A stretch of DNA of 54,525 bases, the filler included, from Sluysia triapertura (Eukaryota): NCBI GenBank assembly GCA_046118255.1. It is 4 parts of 4 records of this genome, joined end to end, with 100 filler letters (N's around TTAATTAATTAA, not from the genome) between each part and the next. Parts side by side here need not be neighbours in the genome. Positions count along the whole stretch, not along the records: positions 12,120 to 27,894 come from JBJNIA010219581.1; positions 27,995 to 43,135 come from JBJNIA010237996.1; 2 more parts are not named here. The stretch is one strand, 5' to 3'. Position 1 is the first letter of the stretch. The number at the start of each line of letters is the position of its first letter. The position numbers were made by a program, and so were the translations under genes. The notes beneath the pieces were generated by a model. It was not told the origin of the DNA. It saw only the letters and a list, made by a program, of their open reading frames with translations, and did no database searches. Below, piece after piece: positions 24,350-37,540 of this stretch.

Positions 24350-24535
24350 CTGTCAGTACTTGACAGTTTTAAATTAAATAAAGTTTATATCATCGTATTA
24401 ACTGTCAACTACTGACAGTCTCATTACCAAAAATCAGAATTACGACTTATACAAAGTATTATCAGTGGACATCCAATCACGACTCTGTTAATAGTGCCAG
24501 AAAGAGCTTGATTAATAAAAATTTAGAAAAGATAT
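24350..24535 (+). promoter_or_regulatory. Cis-module with two CTGTCA-N5-TGACAG palindromes and GGACATCCAATCAC
   Basis: CTGTCAGTACTTGACAG 24350-24366, CTGTCAACTACTGACAG 24402-24418, GGACATCCAATCAC 24467-24480. Confidence 0.55.
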
Positions 24536-24736
24536 TTTTAGTCAAACGTAACTTACCAGAGATCAATATAGAGTGAAAAACTTGTCGGTCTTTAAATAGA
24601 AATTTCAGATTGTATAAACAGCAATTTTAATTATTTAGTTAATCAGAATATTATGCATAGTTAATATTTGTTAAAATAAAGACGAAATTTAAATGTACGT
24701 TTACTTTTATATTTTACTATCATTTGGTATCAAAAA

Positions 24737-25574
24737 ATGTTCAAAAAATCAAGAAAATGGAACAAACGAAAACGAAAAGAATTTTATAATTCTGATGAAG
24801 AATGTGAAGAAACACCAAAAGAATTTAAAATGTTTAATAAAGTTAGATCTAGATACATTTACGTTCACGAATCAACTTCGACAATAAAAATCTTATTACA
24901 AAATCGATTAGTTACTGAAGCAAAAGAAATTATTAGAAAAGTAGATGCAGTTTATCATAGAAAGTTAATAATTGAATTTTGTGTTATAGTCAGTCAAGAA
25001 TGTTTTCAATTGATATATGTTACACCAGAAACTTCATATAAAATTCCAAATAATTGGTACAAAGAATTAAGGCAACATCATTCATATATGTTTCATAATG
25101 TTACAGTCAATAGATTTGTTCCTGAATATGTTCTACCTATTAAAAACAAAATGGCTACAACCTAATTCTTCTCAAGATAAAATTTCATCTGTCAATGGAA
25201 AAATGTTATTTCATTCATATATAATCAAAATTGTGAACACGTTAACTTCAAGACAATATTTAATGATTATACGTATAGTCAGATTGTTTCAAAGATAAAA
25301 TCCAACGTTGATAATGAAGTACGTTTTTATCGAGACTAATAAAATCGACATATTTGAATTTATAATTAATTGTGTTTCCAAAAGACTTCATTTTATTTTG
25401 TCACCTGTTATGTTTAAAGAAAATTTATCCGCAAAATGCATTCTATCTTCAAAGGACATGCTTAATAACATTGAAACCCAATACCGACATAATGTGACTA
25501 CAATAGGTATTATGATAATTCTCTTACTGTCAATTCAAGATCATCAATTATTTCAATTACTTTTATTTTTATAA
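24737..25574 (+). pseudogene. Degraded gene with basic NLS-like start and possible BTB/POZ domain
   Basis: 142-aa ORF plus downstream fragments. KKSRKWNKRKRK, then RYIYVH...EAKEIIRKVD...LIIEFC, resembles BTB (FYVHK...EI.I.DVD...LLIEFCY). Confidence 0.45.
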
Positions 25575-26998
25575 CGAATAATCTAAAGTAAGACTAAAAA
25601 CATCTAAACCAAACCTAAACATTTAAAGATTGAAAAATTAAAATTGATTTTGTTCAATATTAAGGTTTACCCGACTAAATCATATACCTTAATCTAAAAG
25701 AATAAAACTAATTATGCAGTCTTAATTTTATCACAGCATTCCCTATTCAAACGTTATATTATAAACGTTTTCTTTAAGTTAATTAATCTATTTTTAGAAT
25801 ATATCATATCATACTACAAATGTTCTAAAATTATTTAGAACTTAGTAAATTATTCAGGAAGTTCTAGATTTTTCTACCTTCACCACTCTTATTGTCACTA
25901 ATTATTAGCGTACTAAATTTGTCTTCCTTATCAATAAGAATAAATTTACTTCATAAGTATTTTAAATATTTGATATTTTATAAGGTTGTCTAATGATCTT
26001 AAACATTTACTAAAGTTCTAGATAATCTTAAATGTAAAGTAAATATTACAAATAACTTGAAACTATATGACAACACACTGTAGATTTTCGTTTGCTTATT
26101 TTTACAAAAGGTATTAAAATAACACGCATTAGTGAAAACAATGATTTCAAAATATCAATAAGAGTTTATATGTACGCTAGTCGTACATTTAATTGTTTGG
26201 ATCTTTAGAAGGATTATTTTTAAAGTGACATGATGTAAAGTAGTTATATCACAACTAACATATAAACGAAAAACGCAATGTCCAGATACAAAGGAGAGTT
26301 TTAAGTTTCTATTGTTTAAGTTCTACCAGAACACCAAGACTATATTTATTAAGTAAAATCTTACCTGTTTGTGTTAAGTTTTAAAAGTATATATTTGAAT
26401 GTAGATTGTAGCGATGACGATGCTTATTTTAAAGAGCTATAAATTTATGTAATAGATTATCATTTTGTTAGATTAAATTATAGGAGTTTATAAGTTTATA
26501 AACTTTATAATTTGGCTTCGACTTAGTTCTTTTTACCTATATTATTTTCTAACACTTGTATCAACTTCTGGAGGTTATTGTTCATTCGTCTCTGGTGTAA
26601 GAGATGGAAGTGCAATTTTGTTGATTAACGTTAAAATTCAAGCTCTTCTCCTTAAAATCAAATAATATAAACTAAACTCACTAGAAGTTTATTTATCAAA
26701 TGTAAGTAGCAAATACAAAACCTACAAAAAATATTTTGGATAATATTCACAATATAAAAGGTACCACAAGTAATTATATTTTGGGTGCTTATAAATTTCT
26801 TAAAATTAAATTTATATTGAACACTACTTTTAAAGGTTACTCTGATGAAATTTTCAGTTGAATAGTATAATTGTAAATTGTATTTTAAATTGTAAAATGT
26901 CAATTATTCAATTACCTTGAGTTGGATATAATAAATATCTTGAACTCGAAGAGTAGTTTTGATATCTTCAATGAGTAGCTTCTTCAACAAATATTCTC

Positions 26999-27088
26999 CA
27001 AATAATAATTGCAAATGGGACCAAATAACTTTTTCAAATAATAATTGCAAATTGAACCAAATATCTTCAAATAATAATTGCAAATTGA
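26999..27088. repeat. Three-copy minisatellite, core CAAATAATAATTGCAAAT, periods 36 and 33 bp
   Basis: Cores at 26999, 27035 and 27068. Confidence 0.9.
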
Positions 27089-27894
27089 ATGACACCCATC
27101 TATTTATACTTGATTCTTTCCATAATAATGATATTTCCAATTTTTGTAATAAAGTAATATATAGTAAAATTACTTTTTGATACTGTTTTATTTACACTAT
27201 AGTTTGGTATTATTTTATAATATATGTTATTATTTTTTCCTGTTAATTTTAATTACTACTATTTCATTCACTTATTGTTTATTATTATGTGATTATTTTT
27301 TGACTTAATTCTTAATTTAATATTTTTCTGTATTATAATTTTTGCAATAATTTTATTGTCTTTAATGTGGTTTTTTTGTTGTAATTAAATTTTAGATATT
27401 TTGCAAAGAGATTGTATTATTAATGAACAATCTTTACAATTTGTAAACTAATAATTTGAAGCCAGTGCCAATTATATTGGTAGAAGGCGAGAGAATTTAT
27501 CTACCTAATACGAAATCATTCAATATGCAAAATTTATAAGGCGGTATTTTGAAAGCTACTGCATGACTCTGTCAAAGATAACAACAATGATCATGCTAAA
27601 AGAAATAATCTTCGGGATCCACTAGAATGCACTTAACAAGAACTGGTTATGTCGTACTTTTGCCGGTCTATTCTACAGTATGAGTCCTGAAGAAGACACA
27701 TGTTACTTATAATTGGGTTCTAAATGTTTTCTCAAACTATTGTCAAAGTTAAATTGTCATATTTTTATCGTGTTATTTTATTATTTTGTAAATATTATTC
27801 CTATTATAATTAAAACTTAAAATTATTTATTAAATTCAAATTAAAGAAAATTTAAAAATAAAATATAAAATTTAGAAAATTAAAATATCATAAA

Positions 27895-27994
27895 NNNNNN
27901 NNNNNNNNNNNNNNNNNNNNNNNNNNNNNNNNNNNNNNTTAATTAATTAANNNNNNNNNNNNNNNNNNNNNNNNNNNNNNNNNNNNNNNNNNNN
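27895..27994. other. Artificial contig linker
   Basis: N44-TTAATTAATTAA-N44. Confidence 0.97.
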
Positions 27995-28011
27995 CACTGA
28001 GCTATCAGCCC
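27995..28011 (-). tRNA. 5' end of a tRNA or tRNA-derived SINE, truncated by contig edge
   Basis: Minus strand GGGCTGA-TA-GCTC-AGTG: acceptor-stem 5' half, U8-A9, D-stem and A-box. Only 17 nt are visible. Confidence 0.35.
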
Positions 28012-28849
28012 CGTCTAACAATTTCATTTTTATTATATTCAATTTTATCAAATGGCACTTTTAGGCCTTTTTACCCCAACAAATGTAACTTTTTAAAACT
28101 TTCATCATATTTGATCTTCTTAAACTTACGAAGTGTATATGAATTATCGTTTATAGATTTGATTATAATATAATTCAGTTTCGAACTTGGATTGAGATTT
28201 ATTTCAATCTTAATACTGAATTTGTTTTAACTTCCATTCCATACTTTAATTTCTTTTTATAATTGTTACTGAATTTAATTTTATTCAATATAAGTACAAT
28301 ATTATAAATTTTATTTTACTGGGGATAAAATTTACTCTGAACAAAATCAAAAAACAATAATAATAGAATTTATCAATTATTAATTTATCAACTTTTTAAC
28401 ACCAAATGTTAAGAATAACACATAGAATATCATAAAAATTTGAGTAGAATAGCTTTGGACTACGGGGAAAATTTTGAGTTTAGGTACATAAATTAATTTA
28501 TTTTAAATTAAATATTAAATATTGCTTTTATATATATCTCGACTTGTAGGAAGGCATCATCAGATTCCTTTTTACTGATATAATTCATTAATATTTGATC
28601 TGTTTGGAACAAGTGGTGAAACTATTTCCAATTTTGTAGTTTTTTGAATTTAATCAGGAATTAAAATTAAAATTTATTTTTAACATGAGTTTAACATTTC
28701 CAAAATTATCTACCAAAATAACACTAAACTAGTTAACCATGATCATTAATAGTCGGGATCTCTGATTCACAAAAGATTCGAGGATGGTTTCTAATATAAG
28801 TCTGAGAAATATTATTCATAATCAGTTTAAAATGAATCTCATTTTTATT

Positions 28850-29040
28850 TTCATAGTGTGAATGTGTGACAATTATTCGTTGATGTTCATTTCTCTGTTT
28901 TAATAACTTTTATGAAGCAATATATTCAGTATCAATATTTTTCATTTCATGTAAACTTAAAGTTTGTAAACAACAGCCAATAAAATTAAGAAATAAGAAA
29001 ATTACAGCCAAATTTCTTCCTGAACTATCAACAATTATAA
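28850..29040 (-). pseudogene. Possible protein-tyrosine-phosphatase C-terminal relic
   Basis: IVDSSGRNLAVIFL...NIDTEYIAS*KLLKQRNEHQRIIVTHSHYE loosely recalls the PTP P-loop to Q-loop region. Confidence 0.25.
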
Positions 29041-32000
29041 AACAAATGTATATGTATCGGGTCCGTCTATAATTTATGATTTGTACCTTGCAGAAGACAA
29101 ATTATAGGATTTAAGTCAGTTAATCTATGAGAATGAGGGTTTCCTACAATATCTGGTAAACATCTTAACTTGTAAATCCTGAAGTTATAATTTGAAATTT
29201 TTGTATTTCTTCTAACCTATTCCATTATCAATCTATTATTATTATTAATAAAAAAGGAATCAATAACAATAATTTATTCACCAAATAATAGAATTTTCCT
29301 AATATTAGACAATTATATATTAATTTTTTAAATATAATTTTAGAATGGAATTTGACTTAGATAAATACTTGTGTGTCGAAAAAGTAAATTTTTTAAGTTG
29401 ACTTAACGCTAAAAAAATGATAGCGTAAACTTACGAATTTTCATCAGGAATAAAAATTTTAATCCGATTCGAAATATTTTTCTGTTTCTAGTATTTGAAA
29501 ACCAAATAAGTTGTTGTTCCTCTTCAATAAGTAACCAGTTGGAACTAAATTGTGCGTATATAGTTATAGTTTTTTCCAAAAATCAAAACTGACGTGAATC
29601 ATTTGAATTGAGACGAAGAAAATTTTTTTAAATAAAATAACACTGTGTTCTACTTGTGAAATCCATTTTTTATATCAATTTTAATAATTCAATAAATTGT
29701 TGCATTATTATTTTAAAATTGTTTTATTACTTTAGACTATATATATATATATATTGTTCAAACATAATCAAAGTACGTATCAAATTAATCCTCACTAATA
29801 TACGAAATCAGACAGGTTATTGAAATCAACGTTTTATGTATGGTAAATGTATGACGTATTGTATTAAAAATTATTATGGAAGAGAAATTTTGTATTTAAT
29901 GGATTTTATCTTTAATTTAAGTTGATATATATTATTTAAACAATAAACTTTATTATGGTAATCATGTTAAATTTTGATTTTGATATAATATAAATTTTAT
30001 TCTTAAGGGGAATTGCTGGGAGGTGATAAATTGGAAGTCGACAGAAATTATCGCCGCAATTTAATTATTAAAATTAGTCAGCTTAGAACTAACTAAAAAG
30101 AATAAGTACACAAATTAATTAATTTTACTTTGCAAATACTTTATGAGCGATCGCATTTTTTCTAAATATTCGGACAGAAATAGCAAACTAAATTAATAAA
30201 GAAAAACTTCGATTTCAGCAGGAAAGCTGCCGCAATATTTATTTTGATTGAAGCCTGATCTTCAGTAGCTGATTAAATTCTATAGCGATATTATTATTAT
30301 TGTGGTTAGTTTTTGTTATACTTATTTTATTAAAATTTTATTAACATTTTACCTGTTATGTCACCCTTAGATTTTTAATATTGTGTTCAGAATTTTACTT
30401 TACTTTTATCTTAATGAACAATTATAATTATTTTATCGGGTCCTCCTATAATCTAAGTTTTATATCTCGCGGAAGACTTAGTTAATATGTCAATACTACG
30501 AAAAGATAATCTTAAACTTGATGCACGATTTGCTAATTCTAAATTAAATAACTAGTGGAGGGTCTGTTATTCTCTTAACGTAGTAAAAACGCAATCGACA
30601 TTCTAATATATGCATTAAACAAATGAAAATTATTAAATATAAAGGTTAAATATGGCAATATATATAATAATACAAATCTTTGGATTTCTCCAAGGTTCTA
30701 ATATACACAAAAATTGGGTGTCGAAAATCAAATGATTTTAAGTATGTTTTTAATACAAACTATTATTGTACAAAGCCTAATAACAAATGCTTACTAATTT
30801 TGGATCATAACAGCAAAAATTAAATTTTCATTAAGTCCAATAAACTTAATTCAGTAATGGATTAGCTTCGTTTAATGTAAACTATTCCTTAAATTTGCCA
30901 ATTTATAGAATCTCTTCGATAGAGCGTATTAATGTAAGATTTATAAGAACGTTTATTTTCTTGTGTGTTTTGCGAAAAGTTGTTTTGTCTTTTATACTAT
31001 TTTTGAATTGTTGATAATTAACGAAGTCTTTTATCTTTGCCGACAATTAAAAATTAAAATAATCCAATAAATAAATAAATTATCTAATTTTTGATAATCG
31101 AAATAAATATTTATCTTAGTTAATTTACTAATTAATTTACCGGAAATAATCTTTGATAAATTTGGTAAAAATTAATTAAGTTACTTAATTTTGTACTTTT
31201 TAATTAATTGATAAATTTGTACTTTTTTACTTTTAAATTAAGCATTTTAATTTAATTAATTTTTTATTTGAATTAACTTTTATTAGATTATTATTAATTT
31301 TATAATTATTTTCCTAATTAAAATTATTATGATCCAAAATTTTCAGAATTTCTTTGAAAATTTTAATATTTACAAAGCTATTTTTTAAGATAATTAATTG
31401 AGAAACATTTCGTGTAATTTTTGTTGAAGATTATATTCAATATCATATTTGATTTTTAGTTATTTTTAAGGTGAATTGAATAGAAACACTACGCAATTTA
31501 TTTTATCAAAGTATTGAGTATCTTACCTTCAGACATTATTGTTAAGTTTTCAATAGAAAGGTATTATTATCAAGGAATTACATTATAATCGTCATCATGC
31601 TAAAAAATGTCAATGAAGAATGTTTTCACTTCTAAAGCAAGGATTGATATTTATACAGTTAATTCGTTTTTGACAAATCTGTTTCGAACACTATGAATAG
31701 TAAGAATATTTTATAAGTAATGTTTTGGTACAAACTAATACTTTGTAAAATAAACTTTATAAATAATGCCTATAAAATATTACTATGTAAAAATTTAATA
31801 TAATTTACAGAGTAATAATCTTTCTATAAATGAAGACAAATAATTAAATACTATTTTCCTGCATAAACAATTTTAGTAATTAACGAACACAATATAAGTA
31901 ATAATTTAAGTAATTATTAATGTTATTTAATTAAAGTTTGATGTGACTTTTAACATAGAAACTAATTATTAAAAAATTGATATTATTTATTCAAAATAAG

Positions 32001-32806
32001 TACCAAATTTTACAAAAGTTTGCAAAAGAAATTATAAGTCATTACGAAAGAAATTAAAACTATTGCAATGGTAAGGTCTCCACGTTAAGAAAGTGAAAGT
32101 GAACTTTACTCTACACTGTTACTTTTATTCCGGTTGCTTTGGGTTACTCACTTTATATCTGACGCACTCCATCTAAGATCATCTGCAAATATAATACAAC
32201 GGCTATCAGATGGGAAACTTAAGTTAATCAACCGAAGCACAACCACCTCATAAACCACGAAACACAGCATCAGTTGTAACTACTTCATCTACTTCTAGTA
32301 TATTTCTGCCACTAATACTAATGGTGTTTATGCTAATAATAATAATAATAATGTAATTTTCAAAAGAATAATTACAAGCGTCTTAAGAGTGTTTCAACCC
32401 TTATCTGTGATAATATTGTATCATTTACATATACCTTAACATATACCCTAGCCTCAACTTGAACTCTTTTCAAAATACATTCAAGGGATATCAATATATA
32501 GAACTATCTTAAGTCTTATACTCTTGTTAACAAAATTCAACCTCATCAAATACTAAAAGTATAAATTAAAGTTAAAATTTCAATCATATACAGTAACATT
32601 TGACGTACGAACAATGTAAGTATATTTGTCACCATATTATCGTTGTTATTGCAAGTGACACTGTCGCCGCATTGTTTTATTATTTTTCTCATATTTTATT
32701 AGTTTTATCTACTCTAATTTAGGTTTTTTAACAGCACAATCGGAAGAAATATTGAATAATATCACATCATGATAACAAGTTAATTAAAACCCGACCACGT
32801 CCAAAT

Positions 32807-32825
32807 TGGTGTCAGAAGTGGGATT
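32807..32825 (+). mobile_element. LTR-retrotransposon primer-binding site complementary to tRNA-Leu 3' end (candidate LTR ~32615-32803 upstream)
   Basis: TGGTGTCAGAAGTGGGATT is the reverse complement of AATCCCACTTCTGACACCA, including the post-transcriptional CCA. It is preceded by ...CCA and a TGTAAG start at 32615. Confidence 0.75.
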
Positions 32826-32996
32826 TAAACACGAATATTTTTCATAACATTTAATAAAATTTGGACTTCTTCCTATTAGTAATCTTGGGTACGTTATTTT
32901 AAAGTCTTCTGTATCATATTATTTATAAATACAATTCACTTTTAAAAATACATCTTCACTAAATTTGTTAAAATCTAAATTTACTCCTTTTTCACA

Positions 32997-33325
32997 CTTA
33001 TATCTATTAATATTACCATGAGCTGTGTAAGTTCTACGTCTGAACTTTGAATCTCTGTGAACACGTATATGTTCAGTGATTATTTGATCAGCTTCTAAAC
33101 CTTTAAACTCAACATTCGCTTTTACATTTCTCAATATCTGTAATAAATTTTCTGCAGTTTTTTAGCCATCTTCGAGAACACGCGAAAACCTTAGCTCGTA
33201 CTTTACGGCCAAGGCCACCAATAAATCATCTAAATGACTATTTCTTTTTTAGCAATAACATTTTCGAAATATTTTTGAAATCCTTCAGCTGCATGTTTAG
33301 AATCGTTTTTGCTATCTTGACCACA
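32997..33325 (-). pseudogene. RPL17: 60S ribosomal protein L17 (uL22) pseudogene
   Basis: QKYFENVIAKKEIV, FR*FIGGLGR, AENLLQILRNVKANVEFKGLEADQIITEHIRVHRDSKFRRRTYTAHGNINRY match RPL17. Frameshifts, a stop, both ends missing and no introns in the aligned part. Confidence 0.88.
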
Positions 33326-34445
33326 CTTCACTTTCATACTTTTAAAATCTTCTTTTTTGTTAATACTTACCTTTGTACATTAAAAAAATATTATCGTGAA
33401 CTAAACAAACTAATTTATTCAAACAAATTGACTAATTATAAATCCATTTTAATCAAAATATTTTAAATGTTTATTAATTATCCTTATGCATTGCTATGAT
33501 CTTAAAAATGATCACCGTTTATCTTCACAATGCTATTTTAGATTTTCTCTAATCTCCAAACCTCTTATGTTATTGGATATACTTATATATGTCACATCTT
33601 GTCCTGCTATCAAAAACTTGTTTACAATATTCTATAAAACTTCGATATTGATTTAATACAACTAAATGGTATGGTAAAACTTTCAGCAAAGGCTCTTTTT
33701 TGTCAAATATGTCCATTTTTACGATAAAGTTGTCAAATGAAAATACCAATTTATCAATCTTAAAATTAATATGATTCATGATGTTCTGAGTTTTCCGATA
33801 TTTTAACATAATTCTTTAGTTTCTTTTGAAAGAGAAAAACACTTTTGAATAAGTTTACATTAATTTTTAGTTTTCAAATTTCATAATTGGAAGATTTACA
33901 CTGAATTTCATAATTTTACCTCTCATACGATTTTGTATAATAATTATTTTACTTAATTTTGATTTTGACTCATGCCATTAACTGCTATACCTTCTGTGGA
34001 GTGGGCTTTTTCTCTTTTAATTTTAAAAAATTATTAAAAATATTAAACTTTGTTTTTTGTGTTTTTAAATTTTTATTAGAAACGTTAAAAACTCTAATTA
34101 ATGAAAAACAATTTAAATAGAATTTGTAAACAATTAATAAAGTAGGCTTACGGCCTTTTGTAAACAAGGTTGAATTTTATTTTGAGAATAAAAATTTAAA
34201 TATATAAAAATATAAATAACACCAATAAATAAATAACGTGATAAGTTATCATGGTTACCCATTTTATCTGCATGATCATCAGTAGTACCTGCATTTGAAT
34301 TTGCTGAAACTAATAGTGTCTATTCAATGTATTAATTGACTTCAATTTATCTTCCCCAGTTTTTGCTAATATTATTAAATGTTTAACTTCATATTTTGTA
34401 AGATTCAGTGCTTTACAAATATATTGTAGAATATATCTATTAGAC

Positions 34446-34961
34446 CTAAATATCTACCTTTGTAAATATCAAAAATACGTTCAAACACATAGTATTCATT
34501 TCTATAAAAATAAGTAACGTTTTCAGTAAATTGCAATTTACAAAACAATAATATTCTATTTTTAGTTTTTCAGATAAAAATGTCTCTAGCCATAATAAAC
34601 GCGCAGCGAATAATAGGAGAAAAATAGCACATATATAATAATATATATAATAATAAATATAATAATAGCATATATATAATAAAATAAATAATAATACCAC
34701 ACCATTACGAAGTACTATCAAATGCCCACGTTCAATTATTTTGTTTGTATTCTTGATAAATTGAGTGAAAGCGTACGAAACTATAATTGAAAAATAAAAT
34801 ATAAATCTTAGGGTTAAGTCAAAGTTACCGTCTGCTACAAATTTCCCATTTGTCAATAATACTGCAAAACTCGCCAGGATTATAAATTTAAAAGCTAACT
34901 TTAAATTATTGATATTGTATTTAGATATAATTTCATTGTATAAATTTTCAACGACATGCAA
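34446..34961 (-). CDS. Hypothetical multi-pass membrane protein (or relic)
   Basis: 171-codon ORF with 3-4 hydrophobic segments. It has no ATG start and includes a Tyr/Ile microrepeat. Confidence 0.3.
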   Translation of the reverse strand: MHVVENLYNEIISKYNINNLKLAFKFIILASFAVLLTNGKFVADGNFDLTLRFIFYFSIIVSYAFTQFIKNTNKIIERGHLIVLRNGVVLLFILLYICYYYIYYYIYYYICAIFLLLFAARLLWLETFLSEKLKIEYYCFVNCNLLKTLLIFIEMNTMCLNVFLIFTKVDI

Positions 34962-36559
34962 ATTAGTAAGTAATTCATAAGATAAATGAGTCGAGTGACT
35001 GTTGATGTAATGCCATTATTAATTGTGAAAATTAACATATTTGAATAATTATACACGAGAGCAGTTATAATTATTTTCAATCAATAAAAAAAATATTATA
35101 CTTTTTAATAATATTCTATTTTATTTTATAATTTCTAGTAAACAATTTAATGGTATGGATAGTGCCATAAGTACTTATTTGTTAAAACAGAAAGGGTTTA
35201 GTATTATTGGTGTTTTGTATTATTTGATTTTGTAAACTTGATGAAATCAAAGCTACAACTTAATTACCAGCATTTGAATTAGGAAAGGAATTCCGTGACG
35301 TATTGATTGCTTGAGTAATAGATTCAGCTGTGTCTAAGGAAGTATTGTAAACAATTGTATTATTTGTGTCAACATTTTCAATATTAAAAATCACTTCAAA
35401 ATAAATACTCTTTTTATTTCAATAACTCAATAAATGTTACATTATTATTGTCTAAATTCGATTTAGATAAATTTACACTGAAATGTCCGGCTTTTGGTTG
35501 TTTTTCATCGAAAGTAAAATAATGTAAACTATCAGCTAATTCAAATATATCATCGTCACAACGTAATGAATTAAAAAAACAAATGATAACTTGTTTTTAC
35601 CAGTAATTTAATTTGTAGCATAAATTTGTTTGATGTAGTTTAGGTTCAATAATAACTTTTCGGAAAAAATGATTAAATACAAGTAATTTTCATGGTTTAA
35701 AACATATTGTATTATTTGAATTTTCATACTTTGCAAGTACACGTTTTTTAAGAATAATTTTAAATCCACTATTTCGTTTGCGTAGTTTATTTATTAAGCT
35801 ATTCCACTGAGCATTCCGTTTGTAAATATGGAACATTGAAACATTGATTACGTATTTATTATTAACAATGATTAATAAATGAACATTGATTAATTTTGTG
35901 TCACGTATTTATTGAATAATTTTTTGCATATAAAACATTTAAATACGTATTTTGTGTACATTAATTGATTTATTGTTAGAATTTTTTTTAATTTGGAAAT
36001 TTTTAATTGTTATAATTTTCAATGTAAATAATTTTAATTATTTAATTTTAATTATTAGTTATTGAATTAAACTAACATAAAATATTAAATTATTCTAATT
36101 ATTTTGTTTTAATCCGATGGAGGTCGGATTAAAACTATATAAATAAGCAACATTTTTAGAAGACTCACAATATCTTTATAACATTTTCGTAAAATTTTTG
36201 TCAGAAGTTGTGCATTTACGGTTCCAGATACGACTCCAGCAGATCTCTAATATTTTTTCAATTACTGTGAATTTGAATATTTGCGTTAGTTTAATTATTA
36301 TAAGGTCCCATACCTTAGAGTATCATTAGTAAAATCATACTTAAAATCTTTTTAATTATTTTTTGGATCTTATCATAGATCCGACGTAAAATACATCACT
36401 AAAATCCATTGTTTCTTTTAACTCCAGTAGTTAATTTGTAAAATAATATTATTTTTATTATAAATTTGTGTATAACTTTAAATTTTATTTTTTGAAGAAT
36501 AAATTGTTAATAATTAATTTATGCTTATATTTTATAGTTTTAATTATAAAATTGATCGA

Positions 36560-37540
36560 TTTATACCATTTCAAAAGTTAGAGTTTATTTCTAACGACGC
36601 AAAATCAATTTATAGATTCTGTCTCAAGGAATCAACGTAAAATCATTTGACTAATATTATTAATAAACTAAATAAAAACCTTAACTAATTTTTAGATAAC
36701 TAGAAGATTAATTAATTGTTTGAAATTCCCAACATTTTCTTTTGAACATTAATAGAGACCATTTTTGATTTACAAAATCCAACGGCTGGCCCTAACCGGT
36801 AAGCCCATTGGTGGACTCACGTTAAGCTTTTACTTTGTTCCATATGTTTCACTTTAAACTTCCACAAGTTAATCATAATATAGTAACTGCTTTTTCATGT
36901 TTTGATTAACAACATTACTTACACTGGCAACACTAGATAAAGCTATCTGACATTTAATTTCGTGATTTAATTTTTCATTGGTTACTCATTTCCATTCACA
37001 ATTCGGCAAACATACATCTGTTTCATGTTGTTGAATATGACGACTTGACATGACTGACGAACAAAATCAACATTGAATTGTTAATTCAGGTATTAATTGT
37101 TCAGCTAATAATGAACGTTGATAAGATCCAGTCACAAGCACTCTACAAACAGGACATGCAATGTCTTTATTTGATGTTGATGATTGTTGTGTAAAAAGTG
37201 CACAATTTATACTTATTAAGTAACTATTTTGACACTGATTAGCTTGTTTGCGTACCTCCAGATAAACAGAAGTAAGAAATTTTCTCGTAACTTCCATAAA
37301 AGCTGCTTGATCACATGAATTGTCCAAAGTATTGGAAATTCTTCACTAAGGTCATGTAGACATTTTTTCAAAGTTATATTCGAATCGACATAAGTTTGAC
37401 GATTTGAAAAACACTGATCCGGATGTGGGTTATTTTGAGATTGATCTATGTTCATAATGCAATGATTTGTAGACGTCGAATCTTTATCAGTAAACGCAGA
37501 AGTTGTGTCAGTATCATTAATATCTATTTCTATAATTGTA
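36560..37540 (-). pseudogene. CYHR1/ZFTRAF1-like RING + TRAF-type zinc-finger pseudogene
   Basis: FLTSVYLEVRKQANQCQNSYLISINC...ACPVCR...RSLLAEQLIPELTIQC*FCSSVMSSRHIQQHETDVC...CEWK...HEIKC, and later FVNQKW, are colinear with CYHR1. RING ligands are eroded and there are multiple stops. Confidence 0.7.

Noticed and set aside
22874-24418. Bacterial LexA/SOS boxes
   Set aside because: These are CTGT-N9-ACAG rather than N8, and the DNA is eukaryotic.
26999-27088. CRISPR-like repeat-spacer array
   Set aside because: Only three 18-bp cores, the spacers are short and similar to each other, the context is eukaryotic, and there are no cas genes.
32807-32835. Intact tRNA-Leu gene
   Set aside because: Only the 3' ~19 nt match and they include CCA. 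There is no anticodon or D arm.
36290-36320. CYHR1 LLKGPY motif
   Set aside because: On the strand opposite the pseudogene and needs both a stop fix and a frameshift, so likely chance.
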